Assembly: GCF_947489365.1 (NCBI RefSeq)
Contig: NZ_CANLDB010000007.1
Coordinates: forward strand, 25,068 to 89,067
DNA: 64,000 bases
Source of the DNA: an uncultured Nocardioides sp.
Lineage (GTDB): Bacteria > Actinomycetota > Actinomycetes > Propionibacteriales > Nocardioidaceae
Reading direction: 5' to 3'
The notes beneath the pieces were generated by a model that was not told where the DNA came from, searched no databases, and saw only the letters and a program-made list of their open reading frames with translations. Positions 1 to 9,092 of this stretch are shown one piece after another (positions within the stretch are counted from its first letter, which is position 1; the number at the start of each line of letters is the position of its first letter). The translations under genes and the position numbers were made by a program.

Positions 1-2
1 TG

Positions 3-161
3 CTGCGCCACGAGGACGTGCCGGCCGCCGTACGCCGGGAGCTCGCGCCGCGGTTCGCCGACGACCTCGCCCGCCTCCGGGTGGTCCTGCCGCCGTCGAC
101 CCGGCGACCCGCCTGGCTCGCGGAGGCGACGGCCGGACGCACCGGCGGTCCCGCGCGGTGA
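3..161 (+). CDS. 3' end of a probable sulfotransferase (partial, runs off the window)
   Basis: Frame 3 reads LRHEDVPAAVRRELAPRFADDLARL...PAWL, resembling sulfotransferase C-termini. Its TGA overlaps the next GTG (GTGA). Only 52 aa visible. Confidence 0.4.
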   Translation: MRHEDVPAAVRRELAPRFADDLARLRVVLPPSTRRPAWLAEATAGRTGGPAR

Positions 162-1327
162 GGGCCGCGGGACCGGCGCCGCCGCGCCGGCTGAGCATCG
201 ACGGCCGCTTCCTGCTCCAGGACGTCACGGGGGTGCAGCGGGTCGCGATCGAGCTCGTCCGCGCCCTCGACGCCCTCCTCGCCCGCGGCGCGCTCCCTGG
301 CCTCGAGGTCGTCCTGTGGGTGCCCCGCCGTGGCGAGCTCGTCACCACGCCGCACCTCGAGGCGGTCGAGCTGCGACGCGCCGGACGGCTGTCGTCGCAC
401 GCCTGGGAGCAGCTCGAGCTGCCGGGCCTGGTCGGCTCCGACCCGCTGCTGTGCCTGGGCAACCTCGCGCCCCTGGCGCTCCTGCTGGCGCGCCGCCGGC
501 AGGTCCACACGATGGTCCACGACCTGTCGTACGCCTACTTCCCGCAGGCCTACAGCCGCAGCTTCCGGCTGCTCTACTCCGCCCTCGTGCCGATCGTGCT
601 CGCGCGGTCGCACCGCGTCTTCACCGTCTCCGACAGCGAGCGCACCGCGATCCTGCGGCACCACCGGCGCCTCGTCGCACCCTCGCGCCTGACGGCCGTG
701 CAGAACGGCGGTGGGGAGGGCGCGGGGCTCGCCCGGCCGTCCGCGGACCACCGCTCGCTGGCCCCCGGCCACCCCGACGTCCCCGCCCGCGACCTCCGTG
801 AGCGGCGCTGCCTGTACGTCGGGTCGCTGACGCGGCGCAAGAACGCCGACGGCCTCGGGCGGGCCGCGGTGGAGCTGGTGGGAGCGGGCGACGTGGAGGT
901 CGTCGTGGTGGGCGGCACCGGAGCCGGCTTCGAGGCCTCGGGGGTCCACGTCCCGGCCCACCTCGCCGACCGGATCGGGCTCACGGGCCAGGTCAACGAC
1001 CCCGCCCGGCTGGAGGAGCAGTACCGGCGCGCGGCCGTCTTCCTCTTCCCGTCCCACTACGAGGCGTCCCCGCTGCCGCCGGTCGAGGCCATGCGGTTCG
1101 GCTGCCCCGTCGTCGCCGCCGACATCCCGAGCCTGCGGGAGCGTTGCGGCGACGCGGCCCTCTACTGCGACCCGCACGACGTGCCCGCCATGGTGCGCCA
1201 GGTGCGCCGGGTGCTCGACGACCCGGACCTCTGGGCCCGGCTCCAGGTGGCGGGCCTGGCCCGTGCCGCCCGCTACTCCTGGGAGTCCCAGGCCACGGCC
1301 GTGCTGCGCCACGTCGTCCCGGCCTGA
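158..1327 (+). CDS. Glycosyltransferase family 4 (GT-B)
   Basis: N-terminal DGRFL..TGVQR; C-terminal FLFPSHYEASPLPPVEAMRFGCPVVAADIP, the GT4 EX7E motif. Confidence 0.9.
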   Translation: MRAAGPAPPRRLSIDGRFLLQDVTGVQRVAIELVRALDALLARGALPGLEVVLWVPRRGELVTTPHLEAVELRRAGRLSSHAWEQLELPGLVGSDPLLCLGNLAPLALLLARRRQVHTMVHDLSYAYFPQAYSRSFRLLYSALVPIVLARSHRVFTVSDSERTAILRHHRRLVAPSRLTAVQNGGGEGAGLARPSADHRSLAPGHPDVPARDLRERRCLYVGSLTRRKNADGLGRAAVELVGAGDVEVVVVGGTGAGFEASGVHVPAHLADRIGLTGQVNDPARLEEQYRRAAVFLFPSHYEASPLPPVEAMRFGCPVVAADIPSLRERCGDAALYCDPHDVPAMVRQVRRVLDDPDLWARLQVAGLARAARYSWESQATAVLRHVVPA

Positions 1328-1373
1328 CCCCGCTCCGCCCGGGCGCGCGGGCGGGCCCGGCCGGGGCTGCGGC

Positions 1374-2465
1374 TCAGGCCCCGGCGCCGACCTGCGTGCG
1401 GTCGCCCGCGAGCAGCGCCCGGACGGTGCGCTGGAAGGCGGCCGTCGTCCATCGCGTGGCGTGCCGGCGGGTCCGCTCGGGGTCGTAGGAGCCGGGCAGG
1501 CGCTCGAGGGCCTCCAGGAACGCCTCCTGCGTCGGGGCCTCCGCGAACACGCCGGTCACACCCTCCACCATCGAGTCGAGGAACCCCCCGTCCCGCAGGA
1601 GGACGGCGGGGGTGCCGAAGCCGAACCCCTCCACGGGGGTGAGCCCGAAGTCCTCGTGCGACAGCGACACGACGGCCGTGGCGTTCGCGTACAGCCACCG
1701 CAGCTCGTCGTCCGAGACGTCCTGCAGGCGGGTGACGTTCCGCAGCGCCTCGACGCCGTCGTACCCGCCGACGACGACCAGCCGGGCCGTGCCGTGGCGG
1801 GCGACGGCCTCGGCGACGACGTCGATGTGCTTGTAGCCGCGAGCCCGCCCGACGCTCAGCAGGTAGCCCGGCTCGACGCCCGGCACCGGACGCCGGGGCC
1901 CGGACGGGTCGAGCGCGCTGGGCGGGTTCACCACGACGGCGTCGATGCCGTAGACCGCCTTGATCCGCCGGGCCACGGCGCTGGAGTTGGCGACGTAGAG
2001 GTCGGCGGACTCCGCGGCGTCACGGTCCCACCGCCGCAGCCGCGGCGACATCGAGCGCGCGGCCACCGCGACCGCCCGGGAACGGTCGCCGAAGTAGTCC
2101 TCGGCCTGGTAGAGCCAGCGCGCCGGGTTGTGGCAGTAGACGAGCTTGCGCACACCGGGTGGCACCCGCAGCCCGTGCGCCCAGCCCGAGCTGCTGCAGA
2201 TGACGGCCGACGAGCCCGGCGGCGTCATGCGGTCCCAGGCGTGCGCGAGCAGCGGGAAGGCCCGGCGCGGGTCGTGACGGAGCACGACGTACTTCTGCAG
2301 GTGGGAGGTCCGCACCGGGTGATCGCCGAACCCGGCGAACGTCCGGCGGGACTCGTGGAGGGACGTGACGAGGACCGAGTCGTCGAAGGCCTCGAGGAGC
2401 GTCAGGGCGACGCGCTCGGCGCCGCCTCGCTGCGTGCAGTAGTCGTGTGCGATGCAGACGGTCAT
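1374..2465 (-). CDS. Glycosyltransferase family 4
   Basis: IAHDYCTQRGGAERV start; HEDFGLTPVEGFGFGTP motif. Confidence 0.9.
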   Translation of the reverse strand: MTVCIAHDYCTQRGGAERVALTLLEAFDDSVLVTSLHESRRTFAGFGDHPVRTSHLQKYVVLRHDPRRAFPLLAHAWDRMTPPGSSAVICSSSGWAHGLRVPPGVRKLVYCHNPARWLYQAEDYFGDRSRAVAVAARSMSPRLRRWDRDAAESADLYVANSSAVARRIKAVYGIDAVVVNPPSALDPSGPRRPVPGVEPGYLLSVGRARGYKHIDVVAEAVARHGTARLVVVGGYDGVEALRNVTRLQDVSDDELRWLYANATAVVSLSHEDFGLTPVEGFGFGTPAVLLRDGGFLDSMVEGVTGVFAEAPTQEAFLEALERLPGSYDPERTRRHATRWTTAAFQRTVRALLAGDRTQVGAGA

Positions 2466-2496
2466 GGGTCACCTCGTCAGGTAGTCGTGCGCCGGG

Positions 2497-3417
2497 TCAG
2501 TCCCAGCCGAGGTCACGGCCGAGGCGCTCGGAGAGCGCCGCGTTGTGGGGCCGGTAGTACTCCGCGAGCCACGCGCGGGTCCGCGGGTCGATGGGCGGCT
2601 TCGACCGCTCGTTGTAGGTGCGCAGGTCGATCGCGGAGCACGGACGCAGCCCGAGGAAGCGCTGGACGCGCGCGAACTCCGCGGCCGGGTCGGCGTACAT
2701 GTCCTCGGCCCGCAGGACCAGCACCTGCTCCGGGGGGTAGGTGTCGAGCCACGTGCTCAGGTGCTCGAGGTAGCGACCGCGCGCCAGGTAGGTGAACTGG
2801 TCGTGCGCCAGCGAGTAGTAGGAGGGGTCGTGCCGCAGGCGCTCGTGGTCGACGTCCGCCAGGCGGGCCGGCTCGGCCTCGAGGGCGGCCTCGAAGGTCG
2901 GCATCGTCTCGGTGCCGGCCGAGACCCGGTCCCAGTAGTTCGAGTACGCCCGGCTCACCGGGTTCCGGAGGACGGCGAGGACCTTGGCCCCCGGCACCAC
3001 CGACCGGGCGCGGGCGGCGGCCGCCGGGTGGAACATGTAGTACGGGCTGGCCTCGCCCACGATCGCCCCCGGGTGCCGCGCGCGGGTGCGGGCGGTCGGG
3101 AAGTGGCCCCGGTACCAGTCCACGCCCTCGTGGAAGCCGATGTCGAAGAAGTGGGGGCTCTTCAACGGCTGGTACGACGGGAACATGCGCAGGTTGTCCG
3201 GGTGCTGGAGCAGCCAGTTGGTCAGCGACGACGTGCCGCCCTTCTTCGCCCCGATGATCAGGTAGTCGGGCAGGGGCCGCTGCGAACCGGTCGCGGCCCC
3301 GAACCGGCGGACGGCGGACTTCAGGGCGAGCTGGGCGGGCCGCGGCGTCGCCCGTCGGACGGCCCGGACCGACGCCGGCATCGCGACCCCCCGGACGGGG
3401 CGGACTGTCTGGGACAC
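2497..3417 (-). CDS. Sulfotransferase (Sulfotransfer_1/3 type)
   Basis: 5'-PSB loop PDYLIIGAKKGGTSSL, GEASPYY, 3'-PB motif VLRNPVSRAYS. Start re-assigned to GTG 3417 behind a GAGGAGG RBS. Confidence 0.9.
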   Translation of the reverse strand: MSQTVRPVRGVAMPASVRAVRRATPRPAQLALKSAVRRFGAATGSQRPLPDYLIIGAKKGGTSSLTNWLLQHPDNLRMFPSYQPLKSPHFFDIGFHEGVDWYRGHFPTARTRARHPGAIVGEASPYYMFHPAAAARARSVVPGAKVLAVLRNPVSRAYSNYWDRVSAGTETMPTFEAALEAEPARLADVDHERLRHDPSYYSLAHDQFTYLARGRYLEHLSTWLDTYPPEQVLVLRAEDMYADPAAEFARVQRFLGLRPCSAIDLRTYNERSKPPIDPRTRAWLAEYYRPHNAALSERLGRDLGWD

Positions 3418-3467
3418 GGGTGCCTCCTCGGCGGTCGATCGGTCGCTCGGGTCGGGTGCGGTCGGGT

Positions 3468-3501
3468 GGGGTCGGGGCGCGGGTCGGGGCGCGGGTCGGG
3501 G
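3468..3501 (+). repeat. Short G-rich tandem repeat (GGGTCGGGGCGC x2.75)
   Basis: GGGGTCGGGGCGC GGGTCGGGGCGC GGGTCGGGG, read directly in the intergenic region. Confidence 0.7.
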
Positions 3502-3559
3502 ACCCGGCACGGCGCGGTCGGCGCATGGGGTCGCCGTCGCGCCGTGCCGGGAGCTGGGC

Positions 3560-6046
3560 TCAGGGGGCGCGGAGGAACAGGGCTCCGCTCCCCCACTGGC
3601 GACCGTCGACGTCGGGGCCGCTGAGGACCGTGCCGGTCCCGACGGGTCCGTCCTGCCAGGCCACGGACCGCAGGGCCCCGTCGCTGCTGGCGTAGTGCAG
3701 GCGACCACCCGCCAGGAAGCCCCCGGTGACGCCGGCCCAGTCGATCCCCCCGGGCGAGCCGAGGGAGAACCGCACCGCGCCCACCACCGAGCTCTCCGGG
3801 GTGAAGTAGCGGTAGTAGAGCTGGTTCTGGCCGCGCAGCGTGTAGTAGAGACGCCCCGTCAGCCGGTCGAACCACATGCCCCGGACGCCGGCCAGCTCCG
3901 TGGAGAACTGGGTCAGCTCGTTCAGGTCGACGGTCCGGGGGGTGCCGAAGGTCGTGCCGTTGAACGGACGCCAGGTGAAGGTGCCGTCGGCCCACCCGGT
4001 GTAGAGGCGACCGTCGACCATGAAGGCGCCGCGCGCACTGCTCCAGTCGACCCCGCCCGAGCCCACCTGGGTGGTGCCGGTGGCGCCGGTCGTGGTCAAC
4101 CCCGTGCGGTAGACGTCGTCGGTGCTGGTGTCGATCGGCGTGACGTCGGTGCGCACGAGCTCGATCGCGCTGACGAGCGGGTTCTCGACCACGTGGGAGA
4201 AGTCGATGTCGACGTTGCCGTCGCTGGTCACGTCGAACGTCCGGGTGGTGCCCCTCGAGTCGCCGCCGGCGTCGGCGACGATGTCGTAGTCGTCGAGGAC
4301 CGTCGAGCCCTCCACCGCCACGTCGAACACCCGCTGCCCGACACCACCGGTGCCGCCGTAGCCGTTGGCGAAGGAGAGTCGGACCTGCACGGGCACCCCG
4401 GCGGGCACCGGGAAGTCCCACTGCATGCGCGGGTCGCCGTTCGGGTCCCACCGCTCGTCGGAGAAGACCTCGGTCGGGGTGGAGGCCGGGACCTGCGGGG
4501 TCCTGGTGAAGGCCTGGCCCCACGACGCGGCGGTGCTGCCGGTGCTGCGCAGCGGCGAGCTCGCGTCGAGGTCGGCCGCCCAGTCGGCGTAGGAGTCCGT
4601 GGCGGGGACGGCGGGGCCGCCCGCGTTGACGCGGTACAGGACCGGGCTCGGCCCCGTCGGGACGCCCCGGGTGCCCGCCAGGTAGGCGTCGCCCGGCAGG
4701 GAGCCGGTGTTGTCGGCGGGCACGGCCTTGCCGCCGGTCAGCGGCATCAGGCCCACCCTGCCGGTGGCCTCGTTGCCGAGGGTGTCGCCGTCGTGGGCCA
4801 CCCAGAGGCCCTGGTCGGTCGAGACGAAGCGGTTGACGCCCCACCGCAGGGGCAGCTTGCCCGCGTTGAAGGACAGCGGGAGACCGTTGCGGGGGTCGAG
4901 CGCCGCCATCCCCTTGCGGCCCACGGACCCGGGTCCGGCGGCGTCCCCGGCGAAGGGGTCGTTGGTCCAGCGGAAGTGCCCGCCGATGTAGACGGCCGAC
5001 CCGGTGACGTGGATCGCGTTGCTGGTGTCGCCGCCCATGTAGTCCACCCAGGTCGGCTGCTGCTCGGGCCCCGTCCGGTCGAGCTCGAAGCGGCTGATGG
5101 AGTCGCAGAGGGTGCCGGAGGCCACCCCGCCGTAGAACGCCCCGCCCGTGGCGACGGCGAACCACCTCCCGTCGGGCGAGACGTCGACCCCGAGCGTGTA
5201 CGTCGGGAAGTTCTGCGAGCACGCCATCGAGAAGCGGGAGGTCGACCAGTCGCTGACCGTCGCCTGGGCGGTCCCGGTGTTCACCACGGCCACCTGCACC
5301 CGGGGCTGCCCGGAGACGGTGCGGAAGTTGCCGATCGCGACGAGGCGCGAGCCGTCGGGCGTCATCGCGAACTTCTCGACGCCGACCCCGCGGTTGCCCG
5401 ACGGGATCGAGGCGGTCGGCGAGTCGCGGAAGACGTCGGCGAAGGTGACCTGGTCGAGGTGGTTCGTCACCGCCCCGGTGGCCGCGTCCAGGGCGACCAG
5501 GCCGACGCGGGGCGTGCTGCCCACGGTCTTGAAGTACCCGCCCACGTAGAGCCGGCCGTTGGCGACGTGCAGGTCCGTGACGATGTTGTCGAAGCCGGGC
5601 GACCGGAACGACGACATCACCTGGCCGGTGGTGACGTTGATGCGGGCGATCCGGTTGGTCCGCGCGACCCCGTCGACGTTCGAGAACTGCCCCCCGACGA
5701 AGACGCTGACGCCGTCGCCGGCGGGGACCACGTCCCAGACCCGGGTCGCGATGTCCGGCGTGAAGGTGGTGCTGATCCGGCCGCTGGAGTCGAAGGCGAC
5801 GATGTTCTCGCGGGTCACCGCGGTCCCGCCGCGCGGCCTGACCCGCGTGAAGCTGCCGCCGACGACGGTGGTGCCACCGACCGTGGCGACGCCGAAGGCC
5901 CCGGCACCGTCCTCGATCACCGGGACCGTGTCGGCCGGGTTGGTCGCGACCACCCGGTCGTGCTGGGTGCCCGCGTACGCGGGTGACAGGGTCGCGAGCA
6001 GCAGTGCCGCCCCCACCCCGGTGCAGAACGTCCTCGACCGCCGCAT
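3560..6046 (-). CDS. Secreted beta-propeller protein with a malectin-like carbohydrate-binding domain
   Basis: Signal peptide MRRSRTFCTGVGAALLLATLSPAYA; repeated VGGSF/YVGGYF/YIGGHF blades; malectin-like VLYRVNAGG...QVRLSFA...QRVFDVAVEG..VLDDYDIVADAGG. Start re-assigned to ATG 6046 (GAGGAG RBS). Confidence 0.75.
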   Translation of the reverse strand: MRRSRTFCTGVGAALLLATLSPAYAGTQHDRVVATNPADTVPVIEDGAGAFGVATVGGTTVVGGSFTRVRPRGGTAVTRENIVAFDSSGRISTTFTPDIATRVWDVVPAGDGVSVFVGGQFSNVDGVARTNRIARINVTTGQVMSSFRSPGFDNIVTDLHVANGRLYVGGYFKTVGSTPRVGLVALDAATGAVTNHLDQVTFADVFRDSPTASIPSGNRGVGVEKFAMTPDGSRLVAIGNFRTVSGQPRVQVAVVNTGTAQATVSDWSTSRFSMACSQNFPTYTLGVDVSPDGRWFAVATGGAFYGGVASGTLCDSISRFELDRTGPEQQPTWVDYMGGDTSNAIHVTGSAVYIGGHFRWTNDPFAGDAAGPGSVGRKGMAALDPRNGLPLSFNAGKLPLRWGVNRFVSTDQGLWVAHDGDTLGNEATGRVGLMPLTGGKAVPADNTGSLPGDAYLAGTRGVPTGPSPVLYRVNAGGPAVPATDSYADWAADLDASSPLRSTGSTAASWGQAFTRTPQVPASTPTEVFSDERWDPNGDPRMQWDFPVPAGVPVQVRLSFANGYGGTGGVGQRVFDVAVEGSTVLDDYDIVADAGGDSRGTTRTFDVTSDGNVDIDFSHVVENPLVSAIELVRTDVTPIDTSTDDVYRTGLTTTGATGTTQVGSGGVDWSSARGAFMVDGRLYTGWADGTFTWRPFNGTTFGTPRTVDLNELTQFSTELAGVRGMWFDRLTGRLYYTLRGQNQLYYRYFTPESSVVGAVRFSLGSPGGIDWAGVTGGFLAGGRLHYASSDGALRSVAWQDGPVGTGTVLSGPDVDGRQWGSGALFLRAP

Positions 6047-6296
6047 CTCGTGCTCCTCGTGTCCGGGGACGCGTCTCGCGCGTCCGGCTGTTCTCCTGTG
6101 TCGCGGTCGGCCCCCGGCGGCCCTGCGGCGATCACAGTGTTCGTGCGCGCCGCGCCGTCCGCGTGCCCGAAATCGATGAGATCCGGCGCCCGTCGCGACC
6201 CGCGCCGACCGGCCCCGGGCACCCCCGGGCACGCCTGTCGACCGACCCCCGGACGGGGCCGGTCGGGGCGTGGGGCCCGGTCTCGCCGGGCGGGGA

Positions 6297-6710
6297 TCAG
6301 GCGTCGCGGCGTCCGTAGTCGTCGCTCAGGCGACGGATGTCGTCCTCGCCCAGATAGGCGCCGCGCTGCACCTCGACGACGACGAGGTCGTCGCCCTCGG
6401 CGTTCGCGAGCCGGTGCGCCGCCCCCCGCGGGACGTCGACGCACTCACCGGGGCCGGCCACCCGGACCTCCCCGTCGAGGGTGCAGGTGGCGCGACCGCG
6501 CACCACGACCCAGTGCTCGCTGCGGTGCTCGTGGGTCTGGTACGACAGGCGCCGGCCGGGCAGGACGACCAGGCGCTTCACCTGGTAGCCGGGGCCCGTG
6601 TCGACGACGTGCCACGACCCCCACGGCCGCGTCTCCGACGCCGGCACCCGGGCGACCCCGGTGGCTCGGGCCAGCACGGTCTCGACGGTCTCGACGGTCT
6701 CGACGCTCAT
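6297..6710 (-). CDS. Stand-alone mannose-6-phosphate isomerase type II C-terminal cupin
   Basis: ETRPWGSW, RLSYQTHEHRSEHWVVV, EVQRGAYLGEDDIRRLSDDYGR. Confidence 0.9.
   Translation of the reverse strand: MSVETVETVETVLARATGVARVPASETRPWGSWHVVDTGPGYQVKRLVVLPGRRLSYQTHEHRSEHWVVVRGRATCTLDGEVRVAGPGECVDVPRGAAHRLANAEGDDLVVVEVQRGAYLGEDDIRRLSDDYGRRDA
6676..6702 (+). repeat. 9-bp in-frame tandem repeat ACGGTCTCG x3 (VET-VET-VET in the cupin N-terminus)
   Basis: Read directly from the sequence. Confidence 0.85.
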
Positions 6711-6746
6711 GGTTCCTCCCGGAGCCGGTGGGTGGTGGCGGTGCGG

Positions 6747-8162
6747 TCAGTAGGCGCCGCGGTGGCCGAGCACGGCCCCGACGGTGCGCCAGAGGATCGT
6801 GAGGTCGAGCCCCAGCGACCAGTTGTCGACGTAGGCGAGGTCGAGGCGGACCGTCTGCTCCCAGGACAGGTCCGAGCGGCCCGAGACCTGCCACAGGCCG
6901 GTCAGCCCGGGCTTCACGGCCAGGCGGCGCGTCGGGTCCACGTCGTACGCCGAGACCTCGGCGGGCAGCGCGGGGCGGGGTCCCACCAGCGACATCTCCC
7001 CGCGGACGACGTTGACGAGCTGCGGGAGCTCGTCGATCGAGTAGCGGCGGAGCCGGGCGCCGAGCGGGGTCACGCGGGGGTCTCGTCGCATCTTGAACAG
7101 CACGCCGCCGGCGCAGTCGTTGCGGGCGGCGAGGTCGTCGACGACGGTGTCGGCGCCGTCGGTCATCGTCCGGAACTTGAACATCGTGAAGGCGCGTCCG
7201 TCCCGGCCGACGCGCACCTGTCGGTAGATCGCCGGTCCGGTGGACCCGTGGCGCACCGCCAGGGCGACGCCGACCATCAGCGGGAGCGCGAGGGCGAGGA
7301 CCGACGCGGCGACGACGCGCTCCCCCACCTCCTTGACCCACCGGCGGGGTCCGTGGCTGGGCGCGGGCTGGACGTGCAGCATCCGCAGGCCCCCGGCGCG
7401 CACGAGCCGCGCCCGTGAGGGTGAGACGTCGAGGAGGCCGGTGCCGACGTACAGGTCGATGCCGGCGCTCTCGAGCGCCCAGGCGGACCGGCGCAGGCAG
7501 GCCGGGTCGAGTCGACCGCCCGGGGCGACGACGACGGTGGCGGCGCGACTGTCGAGGGCGGCGGCGGTGAGGTGGGTGAAGCCCGAGGTCACCGGCACCC
7601 CGAAGCCGACGCCCGGCTCGGCCTCCGGCAGGCAGACGCCGACGACCTCCCAGCGGCGGTCGGTGGCGGTGTGGAGCTCGACGAGGATGCGTACGACCTC
7701 GTCCGGCTCCCCCGCGAGCACGACGGGCTCCCTCCGCGTGTGCCGCCACGCCGCCGCGGCGACGCGGTGCGTGGTCGAGAGGGCCGTGACCGTCGCTGTC
7801 AGCAGCAGGAGCCGGCCCAGGTCCACGGCGGGGCCGACCACGACCGAGGACACCGCGGCCCCCAGGGCCAGCTGCGCCCCGCCGGCGCCGACGGTCCGGA
7901 CGGCGGTCGACTCGCGGCCGCCGCGGTAGGCGCCGGCACCGAGCAGCAGCCCGAGCCAGACCACCGGCAGCGCCCAGGCGTACGACGGCAGCGGGCCGTC
8001 GAGCCAGGCGAGCAGGGCCAGCGCGGCGACCGCACCACCTGTGTCCAGGGCGGGGCGCAGTCCGCGGGACCAGGAGCCTGCCCGCAGCCGTCGTCCCTGG
8101 CGTCGGACCTCGTCGGCCAGCGCCGGCGCCAGCGGGGTCGAGACCGGTGTCGTCGCGGTCAC
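6747..8162 (-). CDS. Polyprenyl glycosylphosphotransferase (priming sugar transferase, WcaJ/WbaP type)
   Basis: N-terminal TM helices; C-terminal FTMFKFRTM, DPRVTPLG..LRRYSIDELPQL.NV..GEMSLVGPRP, KPGLTGLWQVSGRS. Start approximate. Confidence 0.92.
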   Translation of the reverse strand: MTATTPVSTPLAPALADEVRRQGRRLRAGSWSRGLRPALDTGGAVAALALLAWLDGPLPSYAWALPVVWLGLLLGAGAYRGGRESTAVRTVGAGGAQLALGAAVSSVVVGPAVDLGRLLLLTATVTALSTTHRVAAAAWRHTRREPVVLAGEPDEVVRILVELHTATDRRWEVVGVCLPEAEPGVGFGVPVTSGFTHLTAAALDSRAATVVVAPGGRLDPACLRRSAWALESAGIDLYVGTGLLDVSPSRARLVRAGGLRMLHVQPAPSHGPRRWVKEVGERVVAASVLALALPLMVGVALAVRHGSTGPAIYRQVRVGRDGRAFTMFKFRTMTDGADTVVDDLAARNDCAGGVLFKMRRDPRVTPLGARLRRYSIDELPQLVNVVRGEMSLVGPRPALPAEVSAYDVDPTRRLAVKPGLTGLWQVSGRSDLSWEQTVRLDLAYVDNWSLGLDLTILWRTVGAVLGHRGAY

Positions 8163-8253
8163 CCCCACCACCCCTCCCCTGTGATCGGCATCCTGGAGTC
8201 GGCTCCCGGACGTCGACGTGGCGTCACAGTAGGAGCGCCCCGACCGGGGGGCA

Positions 8254-8269
8254 TGCCACAAATTGGGCA
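8254..8269. promoter_or_regulatory. Candidate 7-2-7 operator TGCCACA-AA-TTGGGCA upstream of the priming transferase
   Basis: Imperfect inverted repeat; 12/16 identical to the perfect site at 10693-10708. Confidence 0.5.
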
Positions 8270-8399
8270 TGTCCCGCGGCGCCGCGGACCGCCGCCCATG
8301 GCCGGGTCCAGCGCCCGGGCCCGCCCGGGCGCGCACCGGCGTCCGCCCGCTCCGAGGCGTGGAGGGGCGGACCGTCGGGGCCCCGGTGCCGGGGGCGGG

Positions 8400-9092
8400 T
8401 CAGGTGCGGGACATGCTCCAGCCCGCGCGGTGCGCGACACCGACGGCCGCCAGCTGCGAGGAGACCTCGAGCTTGGCGAGGATCGACTTCACCTGGGTGC
8501 GGACGGTCGCCTCCGCGACCACCGCCCGCTCCGCGATCTCGCGCACGGTCCTGCCCTCGACCAGGTGGTCCAGCACCTGCTGCTCGCGCCGCGTCAGCCT
8601 CCCGAGCCGGGTGTTGAGCTCGTCGACCTCCTGCCGCTGCTGGAAGTAGGTCCGCAGCAGGTCGTCCCGCTCCGCGACGGTCATCACGGGGAACCCCTCC
8701 TGCATGCGACGCACCCTCGTCACGACCTCGCGGAGCGGATGGCTCTTGGGGACCACCACCCGGGCGCCGTGGCGCAGGCACTCCCCCCAGCGTCCCCGGT
8801 CCGGCGACGCCGTCAGGACCACCACCTGCGCGCCGGCGCGCGCCAGCGGGCCGATCAGCCGCACCCCGTCCCCGGCGAGCCCGAGGTCGAGGTCGAGCAG
8901 GACGATCTGGGCCCGGGCCCGGAGGATCGTCGAGAGCAGCAGGGCGGTGGAGATCGTCTCGTCCACCGGGGGGTCGATGCGCCGGACGTCGAACCCCTCC
9001 GCCGACAGGGTCATGTCGAGGGCGTCCGCCAGCAGCACGTGGTCCTCCACGATGGCGAGGCGGCCCCTAGCTCGCGAGCCCGGCGACGGCAT
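8400..9092 (-). CDS. NarL/LuxR-family response regulator
   Basis: AIVEDH receiver start, VLLDLDL phospho-Asp, C-terminal LTRREQQVL...TVRTQVKSILAKLEV HTH. Start re-assigned to ATG 9092, overlapping the kinase end. Confidence 0.92.
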   Translation of the reverse strand: MPSPGSRARGRLAIVEDHVLLADALDMTLSAEGFDVRRIDPPVDETISTALLLSTILRARAQIVLLDLDLGLAGDGVRLIGPLARAGAQVVVLTASPDRGRWGECLRHGARVVVPKSHPLREVVTRVRRMQEGFPVMTVAERDDLLRTYFQQRQEVDELNTRLGRLTRREQQVLDHLVEGRTVREIAERAVVAEATVRTQVKSILAKLEVSSQLAAVGVAHRAGWSMSRT

